A stretch of DNA of 64,000 bases from a virus (lineage: Duplodnaviria > Caudoviricetes): the IMG/VR virus record IMGVR_UViG_3300028833_000053; one strand, written 5' to 3'. Positions 22,993-32,808 of this stretch are shown piece after piece. The translations under genes and the position numbers were made by a program. Within the stretch, counting starts at the first letter, position 1. Every line of letters begins with the position of its first letter. The notes under the pieces are model-generated. The model was not told where the DNA came from. It saw only the letters and a list, made by a program, of their open reading frames with translations, and made no database searches.

Positions 22993-23949
22993 TTACCCAA
23001 TCTCGCAACTCCAGTCGCTTGTGTCGCAGGCGTCCCCAAACGCAGGATATGAATTGAACTCGTTTTCGCTTCCTGAAATCGGATGTGAAAGGCGCAAACC
23101 GTCCTTCTCCAAGTCTTGAACGAACTTGTCAACCATTGCAACATCTTCCGGCGTCAGGTTGCTGTCATCCCCGTACATGATATAACAAGTTGCCCAATTG
23201 GGAATTCCCTCAACAACATTGTCGTTGTCGTCAATGCCAACATCATTCCAAACCTGTTCATCGTCAATGTCTGCCATTGTCTCGAACTCCCCATCACTCT
23301 CGTCGTAGGGATAGATGTGGCGGCTAGCCTCATCACCCCAGAACTCGCGCTCGTTAGTGATGTCGAAGTCAGTCTCGTCAAAGTCCAGGTCAGGATACTC
23401 CTTGCGGATTAGGTTGCAAACTTCCTCCTTCAGGCAGTTGCTCTCCATGTCGTAGTCGTTGGGGAGAACCAAATCGTAGTCAACAACGAAGTTGTCTGTG
23501 TTCCCAGCCTCAATCCCAGCTTCGGGGAAATCCCTCGTCCACATTATCTCCACTTCACCCTCGGAAGCTGACCAGTCCCTTGGATCGTCCTCATACCCCT
23601 CCGTGAAGTTGCCACGTATGGGATTGCAGGTCTTTGACTTGTACACATCGTCTCCGTCCTCCTTCTTCTGAAGGGAATTCCACTGAACGGAAAACTCCTT
23701 GAACCCATCCCCCTCGGCATTCTTCATCGTGGTCTCGTAGAGGTCACTGTCCTGAAGCAATTCGTGGATTGTGGTGTCCGCGTTCATAAGATACTTGGAA
23801 TCCGCGTACTTGTGTCCTCTTGGATCATAGAAGAGGATAACGCCGTTTTCGTCATCCGCTATGCACTCGATGCCATTCTGTTCACAACTTGAAATGGCAT
23901 CGGCGATGTATTCAAGTCCAAGTTTACCTTCTGTTACTAAAACTTTCAT
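22993..23949 (-). CDS. Acidic protein (318 aa), candidate internal virion protein
   Basis: Start MKVLVTE 32 nt after TTGTAAATAC (23981-23990); very acidic; no TAG. Confidence 0.65.
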   Translation of the reverse strand: MKVLVTEGKLGLEYIADAISSCEQNGIECIADDENGVILFYDPRGHKYADSKYLMNADTTIHELLQDSDLYETTMKNAEGDGFKEFSVQWNSLQKKEDGDDVYKSKTCNPIRGNFTEGYEDDPRDWSASEGEVEIMWTRDFPEAGIEAGNTDNFVVDYDLVLPNDYDMESNCLKEEVCNLIRKEYPDLDFDETDFDITNEREFWGDEASRHIYPYDESDGEFETMADIDDEQVWNDVGIDDNDNVVEGIPNWATCYIMYGDDSNLTPEDVAMVDKFVQDLEKDGLRLSHPISGSENEFNSYPAFGDACDTSDWSCEIG

Positions 23950-23999
23950 TGTATATGTCCACCTTGATTGGTTATCAAGTGTATTTACAATGAACCACC

Positions 24000-24821
24000 T
24001 CAAAACTGGGGAATGTCTGCGTTCAGCTTCGCCTTGGCTTCGTTCCTCTTCACCCAATCGGTGCAAATGCGCTCGGTAGGCGACTGGAACGTGGAATCAA
24101 CCTCGTGGAACTGGCAACCATCAACGGGGTGGAAGTGGCAGATGAACTTGCGAACCTTGGCATCTGGCTCAATGTAGCCACCCTTCTTCAGAATGCGCTC
24201 GTACATGGAAAGCTGAAGTCCATAGGTTGTGAACTCGCAATCGGGAAGGTCATCAACCGGAGAAAGGAACATCTGCCCCCACTCGTTGTCCTTGCGTATG
24301 CGCTTGTTGGTTTTCCAGTCCACAAGAAGGTACTCGCCAGTCTGCCTGTGCTTCCCAATGAGATCAACGGTACCCGCCACGTTGATGCTTGGGTCAAAGA
24401 TGATTTTCTCGGACTCGAAATCGTAGGGGCGTTCTTTCATCTTGCGCACCACGGCAATGATTTGCTGGAACACGGTCTTCTGATCGTCCGTGAACGTGGA
24501 ATCATCGACGAACTCGCCATTGAAAATGCGCTCGGCGACGGAGTGCATCTTGATTCCGTGGTTGCAAGCCTTTTTGGAAATGTTCGCCCAACGCTTCTTC
24601 ATTTCCTCCTGCGTCACGCCCTCGCGCTGGGCGCATAGAGCAGACATTCCCTCAAGGTCAAAGGGCTTCTGGTACTTGTGTATGAGCGTTGTCACGCTGA
24701 TGGGCTTGTACTTCAACCTCTGGTCTCCGTCAAACACCTTGTAGACGTGTCCAGCCTCGCTGAACTCCACCTTCAATCCATTGTAGTTTACTATTGACTT
24801 CTTTTCCGAACTTACTGCCAT
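24000..24821 (-). CDS. PD-(D/E)XK exonuclease (Cas4/RecB-like)
   Basis: SVTTLI, HSVAE, ESEKII, AGTVDL, VDWKTNK, YGLQLSMY. Confidence 0.85.
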   Translation of the reverse strand: MAVSSEKKSIVNYNGLKVEFSEAGHVYKVFDGDQRLKYKPISVTTLIHKYQKPFDLEGMSALCAQREGVTQEEMKKRWANISKKACNHGIKMHSVAERIFNGEFVDDSTFTDDQKTVFQQIIAVVRKMKERPYDFESEKIIFDPSINVAGTVDLIGKHRQTGEYLLVDWKTNKRIRKDNEWGQMFLSPVDDLPDCEFTTYGLQLSMYERILKKGGYIEPDAKVRKFICHFHPVDGCQFHEVDSTFQSPTERICTDWVKRNEAKAKLNADIPQF

Positions 24822-24839
24822 TGCATTGTTTCCTTTACT

Positions 24840-25544
24840 TTAATACTTCAATCTATGATACTTGTCTGGATTGATGCCAAACTTCAAGAGGGTTTCCCTT
24901 GCCTCGCGGTTGGTTTCGTGGCACTCGTTCATGGAACGCTCCACTGATTCAAGTTGGGTGCGGTTGTAGTCAAGGTTCTTTGCGATGGCGTTCTTGCGGG
25001 ATTTTATGATTCCCTTGTCGTCCTCAATCTCCTGCACGAACTTCCCAACGCGATTCAACATCATATCAACTTCCGCGGCGTCCTTAAAGTTGTGAATCTT
25101 GTCGGGAAACGCCGCTGCCACGGCCAACTCACACCCAAGAGACTCCATGAACTTCAGGGCTTTCGTGTTGAGGCACAACTCCTTGCTTGGATTCAAGAGA
25201 TTCGTACAATCGCAGACCAATCCCCTGAAGAAGATATGTCCGCTGCGCTCCACAATCTGATAGTCATATCCCGCGCCATCCACAAACGCCCTGATGATTT
25301 GGGGAGAGATTGGGACAATCTCCGGACGCATAACGTCAATGAACTTGCGGAAGAACTTCAACTCCACAAGAACATCAGAAGGATCCTTTTTGGACTGGTA
25401 GACTATAAAGCAAGCCTTGAACCGCGTGTTGATGTTCTTCACCTCCACGCCATAACGCTTCTCCGTGAACCACGCACCCCGCTTGTAGTCGGGGATCTCA
25501 ATGGCACCGGCCCGGTCAACCTTTATCTTTACCAAGTTCAACAT
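24840..25544 (-). CDS. Hypothetical protein with C-terminal coiled coil
   Basis: GGAG RBS, upstream TGGTATAAT. Confidence 0.7.
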   Translation of the reverse strand: MLNLVKIKVDRAGAIEIPDYKRGAWFTEKRYGVEVKNINTRFKACFIVYQSKKDPSDVLVELKFFRKFIDVMRPEIVPISPQIIRAFVDGAGYDYQIVERSGHIFFRGLVCDCTNLLNPSKELCLNTKALKFMESLGCELAVAAAFPDKIHNFKDAAEVDMMLNRVGKFVQEIEDDKGIIKSRKNAIAKNLDYNRTQLESVERSMNECHETNREARETLLKFGINPDKYHRLKY

Positions 25545-25593
25545 TGGCTTCTTCTCCTATCCACTCTATTATACCACAAATTGGCCAATTTGT

Positions 25594-26298
25594 TTACAGC
25601 ACAACCTCTATGCCATACTTCTGGCTCAAGGTGTTCATGGCGTCCGCCGCGTCGTCGCATATGTCCTGCAAGTCAGTCTCGCAACTCGCCAAATCGTCCT
25701 GACCCTTCTTCACCAACTTCAAGATGTCATTCCGTTGCTTATCAAAATACTTATCGCGTATCTGCCACTCAGTAGTGTGGAAATCGTCAAAGGCGTTCCA
25801 AGCGGTCTCCGCATCGTCCATGCTCTTCACCCCTGGGTACTTCTCCGCTATGGCAATGAGCCTCCCGGTCTCCGAAACCAAAAACGCTGGAAGGGTGGAT
25901 GCGATGGTGTCAAGGTTTATGCCCCAAACCTGCGTTTTGATGTGCGCCATGGAAAACTTGAACAGAACCCTATCGTCTTTGACAATGACTTCGGCCTTGT
26001 CCGTCCAACTATGGCCAAACCACCATTCGCCTTTCTCCGTCTTGAACAACCGATTGAAAGTTGAGGGGCTTACGGGAGTCCAAATGGTGTTGTTGTCCTC
26101 AACCCCACTGTGGAAGATCTCAAACACGACATCATGCTTTCCAAGATGGGCGGCAACGATGAACGAAAGCATGATGGAGTCCCTTCCATGCACCAGATGG
26201 ATGCGCCTGTTGTACTTGTACAAACGTGTCCTATGGTCGGGAATCTCAGCCGTTTTCAGGCAAGCAAAGTGTTCAATTATCCATTTCCTGTATGCCAT
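25594..26298 (-). CDS. Hypothetical protein with C-terminal coiled coil
   Basis: First gene after promoter 26331-26359. Confidence 0.7.
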   Translation of the reverse strand: MAYRKWIIEHFACLKTAEIPDHRTRLYKYNRRIHLVHGRDSIMLSFIVAAHLGKHDVVFEIFHSGVEDNNTIWTPVSPSTFNRLFKTEKGEWWFGHSWTDKAEVIVKDDRVLFKFSMAHIKTQVWGINLDTIASTLPAFLVSETGRLIAIAEKYPGVKSMDDAETAWNAFDDFHTTEWQIRDKYFDKQRNDILKLVKKGQDDLASCETDLQDICDDAADAMNTLSQKYGIEVVL

Positions 26299-26330
26299 TT
26301 ATGGTTCTCCTAGTCTGTTCAGAGACATAC

Positions 26331-26359
26331 AGTATACCATAAATGGGATGTAAAGTCAA
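26331..26359 (-). promoter_or_regulatory. Sigma70-type early promoter
   Basis: TTGACT-N17-TATACT. Confidence 0.8.
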
Positions 26360-26367
26360 GTGGGTCT

Positions 26368-27165
26368 TCAATCAAACTTCACGGCAAACTCATCAGTGAG
26401 TTTCTTTTTCATTTTATCAGTAAGGGGAATCGGATGGGCAAAATGTAGATTCCCAGTTCCATTCTACTGAACCATATAAGTACCCTAATGACGAAAGTAC
26501 AAATATCCATCCTCACGTGGAATGTCAATATATGTAATTTTCCCATATCGTCCCATCTGTTGCATAGTCTTGGTGTGATTGCAAAACAGTGGACACAATT
26601 TATACCGATATTTTATTTTATGCGTATTAATAATTGATGATTGAAATATTGAATGATGTCCTCCCGTTTTCTATCTATTCCCCCAATATCTAGCCAATAA
26701 CGGTCCATTATTTCCATACGCAAATTTATATCCACTATTATATCCGCATAAAACTATGTCGGAATCCGAATTGGCTTCCAGCACGTCCCTTGTGTCCTGA
26801 ACTGAAAACTTGTTCGCAAAATCATCATCGTCTATTCTGGATAAAATGACAATATCATTTTGCTTCCAAACATTCAACATATAGTTTTCCATACACTTAT
26901 CGTGTGGCATAAACCTATACTGAAAGTTCAATTTTTGTTCTTCAAATTTTTGCTGCAATTCATATAAACGTGTGACCTTCCATTCAGGGTTGATTAGGAT
27001 CATCAACTCAAAATCCAAATTGGTTTGGTTGTTCAAAGAAGGTATTAAATTTGACATCAAATAACCAATGCGTCTCTATATCAAATTTTCATCCATCAAA
27101 TCCATACCAACACCCATATCCTACGATAATAAACGTGTCTATACTATATGCTTTATTTTATCCAT
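26368..27165 (-). CDS. Putative rhamnosyltransferase-like GT-A protein (265 aa, 6 TAG)
   Basis: KHIV[Q]TR, LIPSLNNQTNLDF, SRIDDDD; continuous only with TAG read-through, ends TGA. Confidence 0.7.
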
Positions 27166-27167
27166 TT

Positions 27168-28292
27168 TTAATTTTCCCTAATAGCGTAATTGTTTGCCAA
27201 CTAGCATATCCCCTAAACCCATTCATATTTTGTCAATGGATTCTACTGGTGTGAACGTATCATTTTCCACAACTACCCACTAAAATTATTATAATTCACA
27301 TGTGATTGAACCAGCATTGCCGCCCGTTCTTTTTCATTATTTACATTGGGTAATTCTTCCATAGCCTGGGCAAACCAATGTTCCTTGTCGGTCCATGACA
27401 AAAGCCCCTTGGAATCCTCGCACATTATCTTGTCCAAAACTGGATATTGGGTTGCCAGCAAAATTTGGCGTTGGATGTAGGAACGTCCTTTGCGGTCACC
27501 ATGAAAGAAATGGTTTATCTCAACACCAACGTCCTTCAAGATTGGCTTTTCCAATTTCCCTGACAATCCTTCTGCAATTTTCCTGACTTCATCGCGTGAA
27601 AACACTATGAACCAAGGTTGATCTTGCCTTGCACCATACAACTCGTTCCAGAACAAACTGTCACCGCCACCAAGAGGAAGATAGTTGAAACCCCCTATTG
27701 CATCTACAAATGTCTTTGACGTACAAAACACCATTCCAGGAACGTTCTATTGAACATCTATCGTCCTTCCATTCACGATGCAACTTGTAAACGACTCTCT
27801 ATCAACCGAATCGGGTATTCTATTATTGTCCTAGTCCAAATAATGAACGGTGTGAAAACCCTGAGTAAACAGGCAGTGGTCAAGAGCGTCACTTACCTTG
27901 CTGAACCAATCAACATCCTCCAATGGAGACATATCAGAGTCTATGAACATGAGTTTTTCATTCTTCGCCATTTTTGCGGCCATGTTCCACAGATGTTCCT
28001 TCTGGAAAAGATACTTGTTGGAATCATTGCCATCTATGCGTATGTATTTCATCTATGACGGCAAGTCGGACTTGTTGAATGTGAAAACGCCATTAAACCC
28101 CAATTCAAGGAACATCATTTCATTTGGCAAATGAGACTGTTCCATCCAATGAGATATGGCGTTCAACGTTGCCACTTTGCGGGACTTATTATGCACGGCG
28201 TCATAGAAACAACTGATGGCTGTCATATCCACCAACTAGTTGTTTTTTCTACGAAACCCGGATGCCGTCTTTGGAAGTCCAATGAATATCAT
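27168..28292 (-). CDS. GT-A glycosyltransferase, paralog 3 (374 aa, 8 TAG)
   Basis: Closely similar to 12792-13850 (RIDGNDSNKYLFQKEHLWN identical); DSD, GGFNYLPLGGGD, HFFHG. Confidence 0.78.
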
Positions 28293-28315
28293 ATATTAAT
28301 TATATGAAATTTCAG

Positions 28316-28852
28316 TCAGTACCACGGGTGGTAGAAAACCACATAGTCATCGTCCCAACGGTCCAATGCCTCCTTGAAAGCCCCGCCATAGCCGTCGGCG
28401 ACAATCATTTCCAACCCCGCCTTGCTGAAAAAGATTTCAACAAGATTATCGTTGTTGGGATCGCCATAGTTCTGTATGATGTAGTTGTGCAAGCCCCATT
28501 CCTTGCGCCAATAGCCAATCTCCTCCAACTCATCATCCTTCTCATTCAACCCAAAATCCTCTATGTTGAAGATAGGTTCATAGTTTGAATTCAACTTAAG
28601 CCCATGCTTCTTCGCAAGGCGGCGGTAGGCTCGGCGCATGTTGCGAACCCCATTTTTCTGCTCCTTGGTGTATGACTTCCAGTCACAATAGCCGAACTCG
28701 TTCCTGGGCAAAGACGACATCAACTCTTTCCACTTGGGCTTCTCCCTGAGGGTTTTTCCCTCCTCGATGAAGGCCGCCCGGATCTTGTCGAATTTCTCAA
28801 CAGCTTCCATCCGCCTCTTTGAAGTGCGGAATAGATATTGGTCAAGTCCCAT
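28316..28852 (-). CDS. Phage protein of MGLDxYL...YWRK type
   Basis: MGLDQYLF start with GGAG RBS; EIGYWRKEWGLHNYI. Confidence 0.7.
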   Translation of the reverse strand: MGLDQYLFRTSKRRMEAVEKFDKIRAAFIEEGKTLREKPKWKELMSSLPRNEFGYCDWKSYTKEQKNGVRNMRRAYRRLAKKHGLKLNSNYEPIFNIEDFGLNEKDDELEEIGYWRKEWGLHNYIIQNYGDPNNDNLVEIFFSKAGLEMIVADGYGGAFKEALDRWDDDYVVFYHPWY

Positions 28853-28883
28853 AACTTCTCCTATTAGGTTCAGATACCTATAC

Positions 28884-28912
28884 AGTATACCAGATTTGGG
28901 ACGGAAAGTCAA
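28884..28912 (-). promoter_or_regulatory. Sigma70-type early promoter
   Basis: TTGACT-N17-TATACT. Confidence 0.8.
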
Positions 28913-28918
28913 GTACCC

Positions 28919-30403
28919 TCATGAAAAATTGGAATGGGTGTGAACAACGTCAAAAATGTCCTTCCCCTTGTCGGAGCCAATGACGCGCAAGAGGATTTCG
29001 TTTATCTCGTCTCTGTACTTCTCGGGAAACTTTATGTTCTCCATCATCTTTCCGGAGTTCTTCTTCTTGACTATGCAGGATGGTTCAAGTTGCTGCATCT
29101 CATTGGCAATCTCCAACAGGCGGATTCTGTCCTGTCCCCTAATCTTGTTGAAGAACGTTGGCATATCGTCAAGCATACCCTTCTGGTACGTTATCTCCCC
29201 ATCGTATAGCCTCCAATGCCAATAGCAGAAACTTGAATTCAAAAAACAATATGCAAGGTCTCGCGTTTCCTCATCCTTGAACAGAATGATTCGCTTGCCA
29301 GACCTATACAAATCGGAGACATATCCAACAGTGAAGTAGCGGCAAGTTGTGGCGAAGTTGATGTAGTAGTCCCCATCTTCGTCTATGAAGTCCTTGAACG
29401 TTTCATTCTCGGAAAACTTCCGCCACCTCTGCAAAGTCTCTTCAAGTTGGGGAAAGCACTTGGCGTATCTATCTTCCCTGGGTCTCTGGGGAATGTTGCC
29501 AACCATGCTTTCCAAGAACTCGGGTTGAAGCACCTTGTCCCGCTCCCCATTCCTGAAACGAACCATCCCGGCTATGCGCAGTCCAATGCCCCAATTGCGG
29601 TTGTCCGTCACCAAAATGGCTGGACGTACCTGGTTTTGCGTGTTGGAGTTGAACACGCCATGCTTCCTCCCATTGAATATCTGACCAGGCGTGTTGTCAA
29701 ATGGAATGATGAAACCAGAATATCCCGAACTCAATTTCTTGCGCAGCAACTTGAACTTCTCGCGTCCCAAATAGTTTTGAGGTGTGAGAAGCACAGTCCC
29801 TTTGCATCCGCTCTCACATAGAATTTTCTCCATCATCGCGGCATAGAGTTCATGCGTCTCCTGCACTATCATTGTCTCCCACCAACTTTTCGGAACCTCT
29901 TCAACCTTGGCATAAGGTGGATTGGAAATCACCTTGCAGTCAACAGGAAGGTTCACGTTTTCGTCAAGAAAGTCGCCGGGCCTTGAATGAATGTACCCCA
30001 CAACGTCGTCACCATATATCTTGCCAATGGCATTGACGCAAATATAGAGGGCAAGGGCATCTTTGTCATAAAGCCACAACCTCCCAGACCTTATGAGTTC
30101 CCTCGCTTGTTCTCTTCCAATCAACTTCAAGTACGCCAATATGAGATTCCCAACGCCGCAACACACATCGCAAACGTTCTTGCCGGGAAGTTTGTCAAAC
30201 CATTTCGCCATGAGAGTTGCAACGTCATCCGGTGTGAAATACTTGCCCAAGGACTTCTTGCTGTACTTGTTGACGTGCGCAAGCCCAATCTCGTAAAGTT
30301 CCCAGTATTTTTCAACAGGGACATCCGACTTCAAGATGATGTCCCATGCTGCGTCAAAGCCAAATTCGTCTATGGCGTTCAAGTATGTTTCCACGTTTTC
30401 CAT
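28919..30403 (-). CDS. N6-adenine DNA methyltransferase (orphan, with C-terminal recognition region)
   Basis: GKYFTP, DVCCGVGNL (motif I), ISNPPY (motif IV); no TAG. Confidence 0.88.
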   Translation of the reverse strand: MENVETYLNAIDEFGFDAAWDIILKSDVPVEKYWELYEIGLAHVNKYSKKSLGKYFTPDDVATLMAKWFDKLPGKNVCDVCCGVGNLILAYLKLIGREQARELIRSGRLWLYDKDALALYICVNAIGKIYGDDVVGYIHSRPGDFLDENVNLPVDCKVISNPPYAKVEEVPKSWWETMIVQETHELYAAMMEKILCESGCKGTVLLTPQNYLGREKFKLLRKKLSSGYSGFIIPFDNTPGQIFNGRKHGVFNSNTQNQVRPAILVTDNRNWGIGLRIAGMVRFRNGERDKVLQPEFLESMVGNIPQRPREDRYAKCFPQLEETLQRWRKFSENETFKDFIDEDGDYYINFATTCRYFTVGYVSDLYRSGKRIILFKDEETRDLAYCFLNSSFCYWHWRLYDGEITYQKGMLDDMPTFFNKIRGQDRIRLLEIANEMQQLEPSCIVKKKNSGKMMENIKFPEKYRDEINEILLRVIGSDKGKDIFDVVHTHSNFS

Positions 30404-30427
30404 CACGGTCAATTATACCTTGGCGAA

Positions 30428-30437
30428 TGGTAAATAC
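30428..30437 (+). promoter_or_regulatory. Late-promoter motif TGGTAAATAC
   Basis: Upstream of ATG 30462. Confidence 0.7.
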
Positions 30438-30461
30438 TCGAAACACCAATGGGACAATGAA

Positions 30462-31055
30462 ATGGCTGAACATACATATACTAGATTCGTTTTTGACAAT
30501 GAAACGCATGAGGACTGTGAAATAACAGGAACATTGGATTAGCAGTGGTTCATAGACAAAGGTTGGTTCAGCGAAGATGAATTGGAATGGCACGTCACAT
30601 TCATTGAGATTGACATCGGAAGCACTGTTGAAAACATTGGGGACGGTGCCCTTGCCGAACAAATCGCCCTGGGGAAAATACATATACCCGATACGGTGAA
30701 GAGCATTGGAAATGGAACATTCTATGGATGCACCAAATTGGCAAACGAAGATGGATTTGTCATTGTCAGAGACTGGCTATACGATTACCGCAACGATGGC
30801 ACAAAAATAAGAATTCCCGGCAATGTCACAAACATTGGAGAGGGGGCTTTCAACTGGTGTGAAACGATTGAAGAAGTTTTCATACCCAACAACGTGAAAT
30901 ACATTGGAGAACGTGTCTTTGACGGTTGCGACAAACTTATGTGCGTGAATACGGAAAAAACCAAGGCTGAAATCCAGTCCATGAACTATCCTATTTGGGA
31001 TCTTTACCCTGGTTGCGTCATACATTGTCAAGATGGTGACATAATCATAGAATAA
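30462..31055 (+). CDS. BspA-type leucine-rich repeat protein (197 aa, 1 TAG)
   Basis: IPDTVKSIGNGTFYGC, IPGNVTNIGEGAFNWC, IPNNVKYIGERVFDGC; TAG at 30540 joins the N-terminus. Confidence 0.85.
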
Positions 31056-31084
31056 GCCTGTCCCTTCTTTCAAGTATAATTGAA

Positions 31085-31354
31085 ATGAAAGGACAGCGCA
31101 ACATGACTGTACTCACGATATATACCAACAAATTTGATTCAAGGGAAAGCGTATTTGGAACCGGGATGTCCGGCAAGGTGTTTTTGGAAGAGGCGAATGG
31201 AAATAGCGAATCCGGACAGGAATTCAGAACAATTGACGAAGCTTTGGACTTCTGCGAAAACAAGAAAACAAAAATTGACGGAATAGAATTCATGTACTTA
31301 TCCAATGACGGAACACAGAAGTTTGCAAAGTTCGGAACGTCGAAGGAATGGTAA
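31085..31354 (+). CDS. Hypothetical protein
   Basis: ORF with TAA stop. Confidence 0.6.
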   Translation: MKGQRNMTVLTIYTNKFDSRESVFGTGMSGKVFLEEANGNSESGQEFRTIDEALDFCENKKTKIDGIEFMYLSNDGTQKFAKFGTSKEW

Positions 31355-31357
31355 ATA
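31349..31357 (+). promoter_or_regulatory. Late-promoter motif TGGTAAATA
   Basis: Upstream of ATG 31367. Confidence 0.65.
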
Positions 31358-31366
31358 GAAACTGTC

Positions 31367-32395
31367 ATGAAAATACTTAACACATCATACAGAGACGTAG
31401 TTGCAACTGAGGACGCACTTCAAAAAACTCCCGTGTCTGAACTCCAGTTGACAACCGAACTCATTGAAAATTCCCTCATACACATAGTCCAATACATTTC
31501 GGGTGATGCGTCAAAGAACACCGCGAAATACGAATCAATGAAAATGAGGGTTCAGGACTTTGAGCAGAAGATATACGAGGCTGTGCAAAACACGTTCAAC
31601 ACCTCATATTGGGACACGCATTCGGTGGCGTGGAAGACTAGCCACGCAGACAGTACAGAAACCCTGCCAACTGCCCTGGCTGAAGCATCATTCGAGAAGA
31701 TGATTGCCTATCTTGATAGTGACGCACCAGCAGAAATTCCTGCAATTGATCCAAACCGTTTCATAAAGCATTTGTTCTTTGACTTTGACGTGGTGAAAAG
31801 ATACATAGTGAAAAAGAACAACGGGTTCAACAGAAGACTGGATGACATAGAAATACGGCTTGACTACCTTGATTGCTTTTTCCAGACCAACATGAATTTC
31901 CACACAACCGACAGCAAGGGATGGACAAGCAAATCGGTGAACCACGACAAAAACGAAAACAACGATTATTGCCAAATGGTCATCCTTGATGGAAACAAAA
32001 TCTCTAATGAATGGCGTTGCCGTGCCACAGGAAATCTGGTTGTATATGGTTGGTTGGACTCGACATCTTCGTTGAACAATAAGGCGTTGCAATCATCATT
32101 CTGCGTTCTTGAAGCGAATATCAACGGCTCGGGTGAAAACCGCAACTGGGAGATAATCGGAGTGCAAACGGTAATCCCGGCAAAGAACTTGACATACGTT
32201 GGGTTCAACGTTCCAGTGAAGAAGGGCTTGATTGTGAGAGTGAGAACTGGATTCACCGTTGGGGCGAAGTCCAGCCAATGGGCAAATGAAAACGACGGTT
32301 ATGACACGTTGTCCAACAACACCGCGAATGGCTTCAAGTGCATGATTTATTCCAACACACTATACAATGACGCAGACACAAGTAGAGTAGAATAA
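31367..32395 (+). CDS. Putative virion/tail-associated protein
   Basis: 342-aa ORF after a late motif; beta-rich C-terminus. Confidence 0.6.
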   Translation: MKILNTSYRDVVATEDALQKTPVSELQLTTELIENSLIHIVQYISGDASKNTAKYESMKMRVQDFEQKIYEAVQNTFNTSYWDTHSVAWKTSHADSTETLPTALAEASFEKMIAYLDSDAPAEIPAIDPNRFIKHLFFDFDVVKRYIVKKNNGFNRRLDDIEIRLDYLDCFFQTNMNFHTTDSKGWTSKSVNHDKNENNDYCQMVILDGNKISNEWRCRATGNLVVYGWLDSTSSLNNKALQSSFCVLEANINGSGENRNWEIIGVQTVIPAKNLTYVGFNVPVKKGLIVRVRTGFTVGAKSSQWANENDGYDTLSNNTANGFKCMIYSNTLYNDADTSRVE

Positions 32396-32808
32396 TGACA
32401 ATACTAGATAAAGTAAACGGCGCTCAGCCAAAGAACAAACCCGAACGCAAAAAAGCAATTGAGCAAAAACCCGAAACCAACAACGAATCGTCGGATTCGC
32501 AAATGCTCACTGCGGTGGAAACCCAGTTCAAGAACATGATGTCTGAGTTCCAGGCAAACGCCGGGTTCAGCGTGAACACTGGCGAACAACCAGTGGACAC
32601 CATGATTGAAGTTCTTTCTGGAAAGGACGTTGTGGTTTCAATCGCCGTTCTGCTTTCCTACATCCGCTATTGCGTCAACCACGGGATAAAGAAGGACATC
32701 ACCCTGAAGATTGGCTACAACAAACCACCATCCGTGCCAATGAACTTCGCCATAAACGAGGAGCTTCTAGGCGAAATCTATCCCGGCGACGTTGTTGAAA
32801 TAAATTAA
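32395..32808 (+). CDS. Hypothetical protein
   Basis: TAATG overlap with the upstream gene. Confidence 0.7.
   Translation: MTILDKVNGAQPKNKPERKKAIEQKPETNNESSDSQMLTAVETQFKNMMSEFQANAGFSVNTGEQPVDTMIEVLSGKDVVVSIAVLLSYIRYCVNHGIKKDITLKIGYNKPPSVPMNFAINEELLGEIYPGDVVEIN

Noticed and set aside
24000-24821. Cas4 as part of a CRISPR-Cas system
   Set aside because: No array, no other cas genes and no clear four-Cys cluster; an ordinary phage PD-(D/E)XK nuclease
12792-28292. Diversity-generating retroelement template/variable repeats among GT or LRR paralogs
   Set aside because: No reverse transcriptase in the window, and the differences are not adenine-specific
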